The notes below the pieces were generated by a model. The model was given only the letters and a program-made list of their open reading frames with translations. It searched no databases and was not told the DNA's origin. From assembly GCF_028641065.1 (NCBI RefSeq), contig NC_073381.1, positions 84,754,001-84,818,000 on the forward strand: 64,000 nucleotides of DNA, given 5' to 3'. Positions 12,496 through 26,520 of this stretch are shown here, piece after piece. A program made the translations under genes and the position numbers. Every line of letters begins with the position of its first letter. The first letter of the stretch is position 1. Source of the stretch: Leucoraja erinacea (Eukaryota).

Positions 12496-13206
12496 TGATC
12501 TCATCTGGCTGTACATATTAATATCCCACTATTCCGTGCACTTCCATGTATGAAGGTAGATAAATCTCCTGGCTTGATCTTATATAGAGGACACTATGGG
12601 AAGTTAGAGAATAAATTGCAGATGTCCTGGGTGAGATACCAGAAGACAGGGGGGGTGGTTAACATTGTTTCTCAATTTAAGAAAAGCTTCAAGGAAAAGC
12701 CTGGGAACTATAGACCAGTGAGCCTCACATCTGTGATAGGCCAGTTACTGGAGAGGATTCTGAGGATAAGATATATATGCATCTGCATAGAAATTGGCAA
12801 GCATAGTTTTGTATATGGGAAATCTACTTGGATTTTTAAAATAAATAACCAAGAAAGTTGACGTGATTTATATTTACATCGCAATGTATTTGATAAGGTT
12901 CCACATGGTAGGCCGCCGCGGAAGGTGAGATCACATGGGATCCAGGAAGAGCTAGCCGACAGATAATGAATTGGTAGGAAGCAGAGGGTGGTGGCGGCGG
13001 CTTGTTTTTCCGACCGGAGTCCTGTGACTAGTGGTGTGCCTCAGGGATCGGTGCGGTAAACTCCATCACTGTTTGTGGTTTATTTCAATTATTTAGAATA
13101 GAACGTACAAGGCATGATTAGTAAATTTGCAGATGACACTAATGTGGGTGGTGAACAGTGAAGATGGTTATCAAAAATTGCAGCAGGATATTAATCAGCT
13201 GGGCAG

Positions 13207-13413
13207 GAGGAGGGTGAGGGAGTGCTGGGGATGAGAGGAAACAAGATGCGCCTGCGCAGTTGGGGGCTATGGGTGAGTGGTGGAATATTGCGTTGGAGGA
13301 ATGGGTTGCATTGGGGGAACGGGTGAGTGGTGGAATATTGCGTTGGGGAATGGGTTGCGTTGGGGACCAGGCCTCCCGTATGACCGGGAACCAACAGGTC
13401 CCACTTAGTCTAG
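13207..13413 (+). mobile_element. Helitron-like 3' end fragment
   Basis: Hairpin gggaacc-aaca-ggtccc then acttagtCTAG|T; related to the end at 43081. Confidence 0.45.
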
Positions 13414-13560
13414 TAGTATCTTAAATATGCCTTACTTCTGCTGTAGTTCTTATGTTGTTGTTATGTTACTCCTTCAACACATTGGTTAGTATATGTTGTC
13501 ATAAATGTTGCCCTGGAAATTTTGTAGAAGTGGTAATTATTCCCCTAGTATTGTAATTAC

Positions 13561-13724
13561 CTGTCTGAAATGACCCTGGTGCATTCATGTTTGAACAAAG
13601 CCAGCAGTATCTCTTCCGTGTCACATTCATCTGCTTTAATGGTCAGCATTCCCTGCCAGATGCGAGAAAGGTCCCTCAGGTTGAAGATGTAATGGAATTT
13701 AGCTGGAGTAGGTAGCATTTTTAC
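13561..13724 (-). CDS. DNAH8: DNAH8-like exon 10 (AAA lid)
   Basis: [34 protein letters not shown]...[12 protein letters not shown](R); ttccag / AG|gtaatt; 164 nt, phase 0 to 2. Confidence 0.95.
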
Positions 13725-14169
13725 CTGGAAAAACAAACCCAATCTATCTTCAAGATTTTCTAAAACGTCCTTGATGAAATAAAAATAACTTTTGCAGAAG
13801 CAAAATGTCATCTTCATATTAATCCAATCTTAAATACCTGAGTTCAGCAGCATTTTTCATTAAAACCCAAATAAATTACACCATCAAGTTAAATGATGAA
13901 CATTAAATGTGGCAAATTAACACAGATTTATGGTTTGAAATTTTTGTTGGAAAGGAGCGTCTGAATTTAGGATAAAGTGGTAGTTTTTTAGCAATATTAT
14001 TAGAGGCTTTAACATAGTTATATTTCTGCAATGCTCTTTCAGAATCCTTCCAACTTCAAAAATTATGACCAAAGTGCGCAGATTAAAATTTTCTTTAGAT
14101 ATGTTTAACTCGTTTTTTAAAAAATGTGTCTTTATGTATATTTCTATGTATGGGACACCATATCCTGAG

Positions 14170-14700
14170 CATTTGAAATATGCTGCTGAAATGAGTGAAC
14201 CAAGGAGTTACGAAGAAACGGTCTCTGCGAAAGGCAGAACGGGGTGGGGCTGGAAAGATGTGACTGGTGATACGATCATCTTGGAGGTGACGGAAATGTT
14301 GGATGATGATGTTTTGGATGCAGAGGCTGGTGGGGTGAAAGATGAGGACCAGGGGAACTATATCCTTGCTGTTTGAGGGAAGGAGAGTAAGAGTAGAACT
14401 ACGGGATACAGAGGAGATGCAGGTGATGGATCCATCTATGGCAGCAGGGGATAAACCACATTTACTAAAGAACATCTTGGAATGGAAATCTTCATTTTGA
14501 GATCCGATGTGGTGGAGATGGAGCAAATTAGTGTAGGGGATGGTGTCTTTGCAAGACGCAGGGGTATGTCCTGCCCCTCCTCTCTTTCAGCTTTCTCCCC
14601 CACCACTACAATCAGTCTGATGAAGGGTCCCAACCCGAAAACTCACCTATCCATATTCTCTAGAGTTGCTGCCTGACCCACTGAGTTACATACCATTTTC
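14170..14700 (-). mobile_element. Penelope-like element fragment with inverted pLTR
   Basis: VPLVLIFHPTSLCIQNIIIQHFRHLQDD...HIFPAPP on the minus strand; opposite-strand CTGATGA...GAAA core at 14617-14640. Confidence 0.75.
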
Positions 14701-14723
14701 ACGCCATCTAAATTACATATTTT

Positions 14724-15588
14724 TACAAGATACAAGATACATTTAATTGTCATTTGGACCCCTTGAGGTCCAAACGAAATGCCGTTTCTGCAGCCATACA
14801 TTACAAACACATAGACCCAAGAAACAACATAATTTACATAAACATCCATCACATCGCTGTGATGGAAGGCCACATAAACTTATCTCTCCACTGCACTCTC
14901 CCCCCCCCCCCCCCCCCCATGTCAGAGTCAAAGTCAAAGCCCCCGGCTGGCGATGGCGATTGTCCCGCGACCATTAAAGCCACGCTGGGTGGTGCAAGGT
15001 CGCACACCGGGTCTTGGTGTTAGAGCCCCCGGCGTGCGCTCGCAGAGCCCAGCGGCCATTCCAAGCCGCGCGGGGCAGTGATGTAGGCCCTGCTCCAGGA
15101 GCTCTTCAACCCCACAACTCGGGCGGGGGAAGTCGCCGTTGCGAGAGCCCTGAAAAGCGGTTTCCTTCCAGGGACCCGCGGGCTCCCGGTGCCGCCGTCC
15201 ACAGTCTTGCCGTTGGAGCCTCCGACTCTCCGGTCGGGCCGCAGCAGCAGCAGCAGCAGCGCTCCTCCACCTCTCCACCCGCCCCGGACTCAGCCAGCCC
15301 CGCGACGGTGACGGTGAGTCGTAGTACCAGAGTCCCCGGTCTCTTCCTGTTGGAGGCCGCTCCTCGTTGCGGCCCCAACGACAATGGAAACCCGACGAGG
15401 AAAAAGTCGGGGGTCTCCCGTGCAGGGAGAGATTTAAAAAGTTTCCCCCCCCTCCCACCCCACCCCCACCCCCCCCCCCACACACACACCCCAACAAAAA
15501 ATAACAAAAACTACATAAAAACACAGACAGAAAATAATAAAACGCGGACAGACTGCAGAGGCCGCTGCTGACCAGAGTCGCGCCGCCC
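14724..15588 (-). mobile_element. GC-rich non-coding retroposon (copy A) with CAG tract and tandem-repeat tail
   Basis: Highly similar end to end to 30884-31770; 3' hairpin (tttggacc...ggtccaaa) and (tatcttg)n tail. Confidence 0.75.
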
Positions 15589-15987
15589 ATTATAAGGAAA
15601 TTGTTACTTCTATGCATTTAATGTTGATCTAATATAGTTTTGTTTGCATTAAGGATCTTATATTCATATATTTTTGCCAATATAGATGATTTGTTTTTTT
15701 GTTCACTCTATGTGATTCTTAACTTAATGCCCTTCAAGTCTTCACTTTTTGATAGTTTTAAAATGCTTTTCCAAACTCAGTCATTCAACCTAGTTTTTGT
15801 TAACCTCATCACTCTGACATATTGGACCCATTTCCATATCAAATTCCTCTTGAGTTTTTACAATAAATATGTTTCTGTTTATTTTTCTTCTGTTACTATT
15901 GTAAAAAATGTGCCATTTTCATTTCTCATGTTGATAACATGCTAAATGCAATTTTTAAAGACAAACGATTTCTAACATTGTTTGTAC

Positions 15988-16097
15988 CTTTGTCCATTGC
16001 CAGAGGATCCTGCCTGCGATGACAAGTTTTGATATTAAATCATAGACCTCAGGTACAAAATATCTGGCCGGGTGAAAGTATCCACTTCCAATAATTC
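15988..16097 (-). CDS. DNAH8: DNAH8-like exon 9
   Basis: (G)IIGSGYFHPARYFVPEVYDLISKLVIAGRILWQWTK, translated by hand; ggcag / AAG|gtacaa; 110 nt, phase 1 to 0. Confidence 0.92.
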
Positions 16098-17289
16098 CTG
16101 CCATAGATCAATAAAAATATATTATTGAAGTTTTCAATAATAATTATAAAATAAAAAAAAATATTTCAATTGGATAGGTGGGCCTCAAATGCCATCCAGA
16201 TATGTGTGAGATAATGGATTTGAGAAGGGAAAACAATTCAGTGTATACAAGATAAATTATACAGTATTAATAAATGTAGAACATAGAATAATACCACACC
16301 AAATTAGGTCATTTGGCCCATGATTTATGCACCAACCATGATACCAATTTAAACTGCGCATCTGCTTGCATGTGGTTTATATCCATCAAGCCCCTCTGCC
16401 TGCTCAAGTGTCTGTCTAAATGTCTCTTAAACATTGCTATATCTGCTTTCATCACTTTCTCTTTCCTTGCCCACCCTGGTGTTCACCCATTTCTCACACT
16501 GACCATCTCTTCACATCTGTACTTTATTTTAATACATTAAAATATGGTATGACATCAGATGACACTCCTGTGCATTATCAGAAACTGTACCATTCTCTTA
16601 GAAAATGGAAGTGAGGGACTGGGGGATTGGCCTTTATAAGGAAATTGTTACTTCTATGCATTTAATGTTGATCTAATATAGTTATTAATACACCCCAAAT
16701 TGGCATGAAAAATGAATGTTTGAAAGATTTATCTGCATTGAGCAGGGAAAATCAAATACTTACCTCCTTTTTGGATGTGCACTGGCAGTTTGAAAATTTG
16801 GGCAGCTGTCAGTAGCCAGTGGCTCAATAGCTGCACATATCATAATATTATTAAGAGCATGACTGATTAACCAGCAGTGTTAGTCAGCACAGCAGTGGCT
16901 TGCTCCGAGTAGGAATAATCAAATAAGGGCACAGGAGAGCATATCTGCCAAATTCTGCACAGGAAGGAAAAATAATGTGAGGATAATTTAGAGAAGAGCA
17001 ATGCAGCTACAGTGTGGTTGGCAGAGCAAAATGACTTGTGTGCACTGGGAGAAGAAACCTCCTGGAGAGTTCAGCAGTGTGGAAATTGTTCAAAAGATGG
17101 CAAAATTCATTTAGTGAGTTTGAGAGTGGGACCATTGAACGAAACGGGCTCCAACTTGACAGGAGAGATTTGCACACGGTACTGATGTCATCAGTTTAGA
17201 CTGAAATATGATCTGAGGAAGGCAGCATGATTTTTTTCATTGGAGTTACTTAATTTTGAACAAGGATTTAGTTCTTTGCTTCACAGGGG

Positions 17290-17820
17290 TCCTTACGGGT
17301 CGGTGCTGGGGCCGCTACTCTTCACGTTGTATACAATGATTTGGACGAGAGGATTGAAGGCTTTGTGGCCAAGTTTGCGGATTATACGAAAATAGGTGGA
17401 AGGGCAGGTAGTGTAGAGAAAGCAGAGACTCTGCAGAGGACTTGGCCAGGTTGGGAGAATGGGTAGAGAAGTAGCAGATTGAATATAGTGTAGCAAAGTG
17501 TGGAGTCTTGCATTTTGGTAGTAGGAATAAAGGCATAGACTATTTTCTAAATGGGAAGAAAATTCAGAAATTGGAGGTGCAATGGGGACTTGGGATTGCT
17601 GGTGCACGATTCCCAAAAAGTTAATCTGCAAATCGAATCAGTAAAGAAAGCAAACTCAATGTTAACATTTATTTCACGAGAGCTTGAATGAAAAAACAGG
17701 GATGTAATGCTGAGGCTCTATCAGGCGCTGGTAAGGCCGCATTTGAAATATTGTGAGCAATTTTGGGCACCATATCTGAGGAACGATGTGATGGATCCAG
17801 AGAGGGTCCAAAGGAGGTCC
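17290..17820 (+). mobile_element. CR1 RT fragment
   Basis: GSVLGPLLFTLY, KFADYTKIGG, LYQALVRPHLKYCEQFWAP. Confidence 0.8.
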
Positions 17821-19800
17821 AAATACACTGTCATAAAGAGATACAGAATGAAAACAGGCATTTCAGCTGAACAAGTCTGAGCTGATTGTCGGTGACCCAT
17901 TTCCACTTTTTCATCAGATCCCCCATTATTCTATGACTCACCTCTACACTAGGGGCAAATTACAGCAGCCAATTAACTTACCAATCTACATGTCTTGGGA
18001 ATGTAAGAGAAAATCTAGGAAATTCATGCGATCATAGGAAGAACATGCAAACTCCACAGAGAAAGCATGCTAGATCAGGATTGAGCCTGGATCACTATCA
18101 TTGTGATGCCCTGGAAGACCATGTAGTTGGGAGCTAGTTCAGGAGAGATTGAAGGTGCTGAAGTTGAGTGTTGTGATTGATGCTGTCATGCAGCACAGAA
18201 ACAGATCCTTTGACCCATGTTGATCAGGTTTTATAACTGAGCTGGTTGCATTTGCCTGCATTTGGCCCATATCATTCTAAAATTCCCTGTGTACCTATCA
18301 AAACACGTTTTAAATGTTGCCATTGTATCTGCCTCTACACAGCATCCTCTGGCAGCTCGATTCAGTTATGCATCACTCTATGTGTAGTAATTGCTCCTCA
18401 TGTCTCTTTTTAATCTTTCCCCTCTCACTTTAAATCTATGCCCTCTAATTCTGAATTCCTCTACCCTGGGTACAAAAGTCTGTAACAATTCACCTTATCT
18501 ATGCTTCTCATGATTTTGTACACAGTATTTCTATAAGGTCACTCCTCAGCCTTCCACATTCCAGGGAAAAAAAGACAGCCTACCCTTATAACTCAGGCCC
18601 GAGTCCTGGTAAAATGCTGGTAAATCTTTTCCGCACCTTTTCCACCTTAATTACATCCTTCCCAAAGAAGGGCAATCAGAACTGCACACAATATTCCAAA
18701 TGTGGTCTCAACAATGTCTTGTACAGCTATAATATGATATCCCAACTTTGTTACTCAATACTATTATGAAGGCAAGTGTGCAAACACCTTCACCACAATC
18801 TGTCTGTGTCACCACTTTCAAGGAACTGTGTACTTGTTTCCCTTGGTTTCCCTATCACACTGCTTTGCTACTTTATTTTCTCCCATTACTAGTTCAAGCC
18901 TCTGTTGATAGCTTGATAACTTTAAACTGTTTTGCCACCATTGAACCCACAGTTGAGCTCATAATCCTATATCATAAAAGATTCACAAGAGTGTCAGTTT
19001 TCATCTCAGTGTGCCTTGTCTTTAATTCTTGGCCTTCTTTTCAGTAATATACAGCATGGACACAAAATGCTCCAAGTCTTCACTTTTGATGTTTATATCA
19101 TGGAAATTTGAACATCTGCCTCCCATCTTTGGTTTGGTTTCTGACTTCCAAGCTGCTGAAATAGGATTCTGTATTTGGGATTTATAACTCTTGGCATGTT
19201 AAAAACTTAAAAATAAATAAAAAAATCATTGGCATTGATTCCACAATACATTATATGGTCATAATCCATTCTCCCATCTCTGTTTAACTGCATTGGTCTG
19301 CACAATTGTTCTGTGATTATTTATATCACTGATAATATGTGATGGAAAAATTGTTTCGCATTTAACCCAACTATCTTTGGTGGTGATGTTAGAGAGGTGC
19401 ATACAATCATGAAGAGAATAGATAGGATGAATGCACAGGCTCTTTTTCCCCAGGGTAGGGAATCAAGAACTAGAGGACATAGGTTTAAGGTGAGCAGGGA
19501 AGATTTAATAGGAAACTGAGGCATAACTATTATTATGCAGAGGGTGATGGGTATATTGAATGAACTGCCAGAGGAAGTTGTTGAGGAAGGTACAATGATA
19601 ATATTCAAAAGACATTTGGACAGGTATAAGAATAGGAAAACTATAGAGGGATATAAATCAGGTATGGGCAAGTAAAACTAGCTTGGACGTGGCCTTTTGG
19701 TCAGCTTGGACGAGTTGAGGGTAGGACCATTCTCCATGTAGTATGACAGAGATTGGACAAGCTTGGATTATCTACTCTGGAGTGTTGGATGTTTAGGGAC

Positions 19801-21085
19801 GGTACCCGGACGTGCATCTAAGGACGAGAAGCCGAAGCAAAGAAGTAGAAGCCAAATAGTCGAACGGAGATGAAGCCGAAACGCCAACTAACTGAAAGGG
19901 TGGGACGCCTACAAGCAAACTAACCGAGAGGGTGGGATGCCTAAACTCATCGAAAGACCGCTTGTCAGCGATTGGTCCAGACCCCCGCGTCCAGAGACAG
20001 GATGGTGGGGGTCATTTTGCCACACAAGCCATAGGTGACTGGACACTCTGAACCTGAGCACCAAGTTGTGAGCAGCCTATGGAGCGCATCCCTCGGGACA
20101 GCCCCCACTCTCTCACGGCCATGGCCGCCCTCCTCCTCGTCTCCCCCGTGTGGCCGCTCTGTGATGGGCTGTGTGTCGGCAGTGCTGGGTGGAGCAGAGG
20201 TGTGGGACAGGCTGGTCCCTCCGCCCACCCAGAATCACACCAGGGTGATTCACCCCCCCCCCCGACCCCCGGACGGGGTATTCATCCGCCGACATCTACA
20301 CCGAGTGATGCAACCCCCACCTTGGCCTGCCTGGGAATTTGTTCCCCCCCCCCTCATGTTTTAAAAGTGCTTTACTATTGCTCCCAATGCCCCAAGCCGT
20401 CTGACCCCTGTCCAGGGGTCGGGGGTGAATCACCCTGGTGTGGGGGTTGGGGTCCGATGGCAGTGCATCGCGGTCAGTGACTCTGGGTGGGCGGAGGGAC
20501 CAGCCTGTCCCACACCTCTACTCCACCTGGCGCTGCCAACACACAGCCCGTCACAGTGTAGCCGCACGGGGGAGACGAGGAGGAGAGCGGCTGTGGCCGT
20601 GGGAGAGTGGGGTGTTCCTGAGGGATGCGCTCCTTCGGCCGCTTACAACTTGGCGTTCAGGTTCAGCGTGCCCAGTCACCTGTGACTTGTGTGGGAAAAC
20701 GACCTCCACCCTCCCGTCTCCATCGGCTAGTCTTGTGATGGACGCGGGGGTCTGGACCAATCGCTGACGAGACCTGCCCCACCCCGGTGAAGTCATGTCC
20801 GTTATTTGACTTTTCGGCAGAGCGGCCATTTGGTGAGTTGGCTTGTCGGTGACGCAGCCTTTCGGTGAGTTGCCGTTTTGGCAGAGCGGCCTTTTGGTGA
20901 GTTTGCTTTTAGGCATCCCACCCTTTCAGTTAGTTTGCTTTTAGGCATCCCACCCTTTCGGTTAGTTGTCATTTCGGCTTCGTAGGCTTTTGGTTATTTG
21001 GCATTTCGGCTTTGTTTCCGTTTGGTTATTTGGTTTCCACTTCTTTGCTTCGGCTTCTCGTCCTTCGACGCCACGTCCGCACACG
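19801..21085. mobile_element. Foldback / MULE-like non-autonomous DNA element with 10-bp TSD
   Basis: TSD gtttagggac at 19791-19800 and 21086-21095. Long imperfect inverted arms with subterminal ~30-bp repeats. Interrupts a CR1 fragment. Confidence 0.75.
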
Positions 21086-21998
21086 GTTTAGGGACAACCT
21101 GATAGAAGTATATAAAGATATGAGAGGCATAGACAGTATAGATGGTCAAAGGCTTTGTCCCCAGGGTGGAAATGTCAGCTAATTGACGACATAGGTTTAA
21201 GATGACAGCAGAACGTTTAACAGCGATTTCAAGGCATATTTTTTAGCAGAGTGGTAGGTGCTGGAACACATGTCAGGGGAAGTGGTGGAAGCAGGTACGA
21301 TAGCAACATTTTAGAGGCAATTGCACAAGACACTGAAAAAGATGGGGATTTGATGGTTATCGGCAACATTCAGGCAAATGAACCAAAGATCTGGGTTCAT
21401 TCCTGACCATGGATACAGTCTGTGTGAATTTTGCATGTTCTTTCTTTAACAGCGTGTGTTTTTCCTCCCACATCCCAAAGACATGCAGATTTGTAGGTTA
21501 ATTTGCCTCTGCAAATTGTCCCTAGTTTGCAGGGAGTGGAAGTGAAAGTGGGACAATATAGAACAAGATGATCGACATGGACTTGGTGGGCCAAATGGCC
21601 TATTTTCTTGTGAATCTTTCAATTACTTAGGCATGTTGGGCACAGACATTGTGGGCCACGGGGACTGTTTTTGTGCTGTGCTGTCTTTTCTATAACGTGT
21701 CCTCATGGTTGTCATCGTGAATGAACCTGAAGGAATCAGCTCTGAATTTTTTTTCTCTTAATCATAAATTAAGTGGATGGATTCAAGTTCAAGTGAATGT
21801 GGAGGAATCACTGTGGTGGATGTTTATGTTAAAATGTATTTTACTTGGCTTATAAAGTATGATTATGACTTAAATTAGATTAGCTGATGGTTATTTTGTT
21901 CACAATAACATTGGTATCATGTGGTGGAATGTAGGGATTTCACAATGAGGTTGAGGTGCAATGTGCCAGTGAATAATTTCAAATTATATACATGACAG

Positions 21999-22439
21999 TC
22001 CCGGGATGGTTGGACTGTCATATGCTGAGAGAATGGAGCGGCTGGGCTTGTATACTCTGGAGTTTAGAAGGATGAGAGGAGACCCTATTGAAATTTATAA
22101 GATTATTAAGGGTTTTGACACGCTAGAGGCAGGAAACATGTTCCCGATGTTCGGGAGTCCAGACCAGGGGCCACTGTTTAAGAATAAGGGGTAAGCTATT
22201 TAGAACAGAGATGAGAAAACACTTTTTCTCACAGAGAGGTGTGAGTCTGTGGATACTGTGAGCCGGTTCTCTGGATACTTTCAAGAGAGAGCAGGATAGG
22301 GCTCTTAAAGATAGCGGAGTCAGCGGATATGGGGAGAAAGCAGGAACGGGTACTGATTTGGGATGATCAGCCATAATCACATTGAATGGCGGTGCTGGCT
22401 CGAAGGGCCGAATGGCCTACTCCTGCACCTATTGTCTAT
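21999..22439 (+). mobile_element. CR1/HER1 3' end
   Basis: GLSYAERMERLGLYTLEFRRMRGDPIEIYKIIKG plus conserved tail. Confidence 0.85.
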
Positions 22440-22674
22440 CATCAGCTGTAATTCATGCTTACGCTTTGGTCCCTCTGGATGCTGCTGTGGAACAGCAGAA
22501 AAGCACGACTGATGACTTCCGTATAGAAAGAAACGTCCATTTACCTTTTACCGTGCCCAATGACAAAAATTGCGGCATGGGAACTTTTAAGACAATTAGA
22601 GCAAATAACATATTTAAATAACAAGATTATGGAAAGCTGCAAATTTGTAATTGATGAAAACGAGCCAGACTTAC

Positions 22675-22888
22675 CGAAGATTTTGTCAATTGAAGCATTA
22701 GTAGGGAGTGTACAGTTGAAGATAGTGAACTGGCGTTTTAACCGTTGAGGGATGTCATTGCGCCCACCCCCAGGATGGATCATTGCAGCCATTAATTGCA
22801 CATCAATTATTTTAGTAAAATCTCCAGGTTTGTCTAGGTTGTACATTCCTTGTGATTCAACCATTTGACGTACTATTTCATTAGTAAT
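22675..22888 (-). CDS. DNAH8: DNAH8-like exon 8
   Basis: [24 protein letters not shown]...[38 protein letters not shown]; tttcag / G|gtaagt; 214 nt, phase 0 to 1. Confidence 0.95.
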
Positions 22889-23109
22889 CTGAAAGACAAA
22901 TATTACTGCTTAATATTGAATGACAAATGACATCATTTCCTTTTCATTCTAGCACTTGTACAAACAGCAACTCCTCCTTTATGGTACATTATGTTTGGAT
23001 GTACTCTTCCATCTTGTTTCTCCTTCATTTTTCACATGCAAAACTGTGTGTACAAGTTCTCAGAAATTCTCAGAACAGGGCCAAATTAATGAAGATTGTG
23101 AGGCTGCTG

Positions 23110-24120
23110 GGCTGAAGTCTATAGATTTCAATGCAAGGAGTATTAAAGGTCAAGCCATTTAAATTTTGAGCCTTGATTGGTGCATTGAATAATAATGCCC
23201 TTACCGAAACATGGTAGAGAGAAAGGCATGACTGGTAGCTCAATGTTGCAGGATTCAGATGATCAGATACAATAGATAGAGAAAGTGGCACTACTTATCA
23301 GCAAGAATGTCACTGTGGTACTCTTGAATATCCTGAGGAGCTCACCCAGTGAGGCAATGTGGGTAGAATTGAGGAATAAGAAACAAACACTACGATGGGG
23401 TTATATGATAGTTCTCCCAATACCCAGCAGGAGACACGAGAATGCCAATGTAGGCAGATTATGGAAAGCTGTAAAATAGAGTTGTAGTGGGTGACTTTAA
23501 ATTCCCCAATATTGACTGGGACTCCCATTGTGGCAAATGTTTTGATGGGCATCCAGTAGGGTTTATTTCCACCATTTCTAGATAATCTAACCAGGACTGG
23601 ACCTTGTATTAAGAAAATGAGCCTGGGCAGGTGATCAGAGTTACAGTGGGAGAACATTTTGGGAGCAGTGTTCATAACTCTAAGTTGTAAGGTAGTTATG
23701 AATAAGTACTTAATTGTGGAAAGTGCTAATGGGGGAAAGCTAATTACAACAAAATTCAGGATCAACATGTTCTTGTGAGGAAGGAAGGCACTGATGGCAA
23801 GATTTATGAACCTTGGTTGATAAATGTTGCAAATTTAGTCCAAATGGACAACTAAGCAATGGATAAGGTTTAGGAATCTGAAATAGGACAGGATCCTTGT
23901 GGCATATAAAGGAAACGGGAAGAAACTTTATCAGGGAATCAGGAGGACATAAAATGTCTTTGGCAAACAGGATTAAAGGGTATTCCAGGCATTTTAAATG
24001 TACATTAAATACATAGTACATACTAGGGTAACTAAGATGAGGGTACGACCACTCAAAGACAAAGGAGATAATTTAAGTCTGGTGTCAGAGGAATTAGGCG
24101 TGGTGTGAACTGAGTGCTTT
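23110..24120 (+). mobile_element. Degenerate CR1 endonuclease region
   Basis: FNARSIK, LTETW, WVELRNKK, VVGDFKFPNIDW remnants. Confidence 0.65.
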
Positions 24121-25759
24121 GCATCAGCGGATCAGACATCATATGTCTGGAAGGACATGGTTATTGTTTCAGATCAAAGATAATCTTTTGTAACTGGGAA
24201 AGACAAAAAAAAGTTAGTATTACTATTGGTTTATTATTAGCACGAGCTCCCGGATACAGTGAAAAACTTTGCTTTGTATGTTTTCCAAGCTAATAATACC
24301 ATACATGCGTACATCAGATAGTGCCAAAGAGAAAATAAGTGTAGTACGGAATTCACTGTTACAGCTACATAGAAAGTGCAGATTAAAAGAAGTGTACAAG
24401 AGGTAGATTTAATAGTCTAAGAACAATTAAATTAATTTGCAGAAAAAGTGGAGGAATGGGTGGTTTGACAAAAAGACCGTCTCTAACCATGGTGATAAGT
24501 TATGGTCAATGGGTTGACGGCAATTATTAGAGATGGATAATGCAGATAATGGAGGGAAAATAATGCAGAAAATGGAGAGTAAAATATTACCAATGCACAT
24601 GTATTGGACCTGCTAAGAGGACCATATTATGCTAATAGGGGAGGAGTGGGGAGAGTTTAACTGTCCTGAAAACATATAGCATAAATAACTAGTTCTTATA
24701 GACAGTGAAAGCAAATTATTTGTTTGAAGTTGTAGAATTCAAAATGTTGCCCAGTTGGAAGATGAGGAGCTGTTCTTTAAGCTGTTCTTTAAGCTTAGGG
24801 TCTGAATGAGAATGGGGTGGAATTAAAGTGGCAGGCAACAGGAAGTTAAAGGTCACTTAATATCTGTTTGGTTTCTCTAATATGGAGATCATCCTATCGT
24901 GAACAACAAATGTAGTGTACTAGACTCAAAGAAGTGAACATGAACTTTACTTTCACTTGGAAGGACTGTTTAATTCCCTGGATAGCGAGAAGGTAAAATT
25001 GAAAGGACATATGTGGAACCCCTGCAGTTGCAAGGGAAGTTGCCATAAGAAAGGGTGTGGTGGGTGGGAATGAAACATACCAACGATTTGCGAAGAGAAC
25101 AGTCCGTTCACAATGCTGAAGGGCAAAGGGAATGGAAGAAATATTTGGTGGTGGAATTTTACTGAAGTAATCTAAAACTATGAACAATGACCCATTGAAT
25201 GTGGAGGCTGGCGGGGGTGAAACATACGGACCAGTGGAAGTCTACCTTTGCTTTGTCCAGGAGTGGGAAGAGAACAGTTGTGGGAAAGGACAAATCTCTG
25301 AAACATAAACTGAATCTCTGATGTAGGTTCTTCTATCTGAAACATTATTTGTTTCCTTTCTCCCACATGTAGCCTATCCTATTGAATGTTTCTAAAATGT
25401 TCTGTTTTTTTAAAGAGCATCCTGAATGCTGCTTTGCTTGTCCTGTCATTAAATTTGGAAGATTGTGTGCTTTGAGGCGAGTACATCTTAAGCATACAGG
25501 AAGGCAGGTATCACTCCTACCAGGCTGCCCGATAGACAAGTTTTTATTGTCAGGTTGGTGGTCTTGAAACTCAAAACATTTTCATGGATAGCCAAAGGTT
25601 GTGCTGGTGCACTGGATGCATTGATGAATTTCACCACCGATGTCTGCAATTACAGAGAATTGGATCCCAAAATGTGTTCAATATTCAAAGTTTCATGGTG
25701 TCTTGTCATGTACCTTTGTTGCCAAGGAGTCTTGTTGTGCAGGAGGAGAGGCTGGTAAA

Positions 25760-26520
25760 GGATAGCCGATGAATAAAGAATTGGTAGGAAGTAGAGGATG
25801 CTGGTGGAGGGCAGTTTTTCCAGTGAATAATGATGTGCCTCAGGGATCGGTTTTGGGCGCATTGCTGTTTGTGGTTTATATCAGTGATTTGGTTGAGAAT
25901 GTACTTGGCATGATTGGTAAGTCTGCAGATAACACTGAAGTAGGCAGTATTGTAGATGGTGAAGATGGTTATCAAAAATTGCAACAGGATCTTGATTAGC
26001 TAGGAAAATGCAATGTGAAAGGGCTAATTGTGTTTTTATGTAGATAAGTGCAAGGAGTTTCATTTTGGAAAATGAAACCAGGACAGAACTGTCGCAGTGA
26101 ATGGTAGGGCTCTGGGGAGTGTTATGGATCAAGGAATACAGGTACGCTGTTCCTGGAAAGTGGTGTCACAGGTAGATAGGGTGGTAAGGAGGTATTTAAT
26201 ACACTGACCTTCATCAGTCAAGGAGATGAGTATAGAATTTGTGACATCATGCCACATTTGAAGTATTGCTCTGTTTTGTTTACCCAGCTATCAGAAGGAT
26301 GTCATTAGGCTGGAAATGGTGCAGAGCAGATCTATGAGAATGCTGCCAGACCTGAGCTGTAGAGAGAGGTTGTGCAGGGTGGTACGTTATTCATTTGAGC
26401 GTGGAAACCTGAGAGGTGATGTTATAGTGGTGTACAAAAACATAGATGAAGTGAGTGCCGAGAGTCTTTTACCCAGACTAGAGGACACAGTTCAAGGTGA
26501 GAGGGGCAAGATTTCATAGG
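25760..26520 (+). mobile_element. Degenerate CR1 RT/3' fragment
   Basis: VPQGSVLGALLFVVYISDL, KSADNT, LRGDVIVVYK. Confidence 0.75.
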
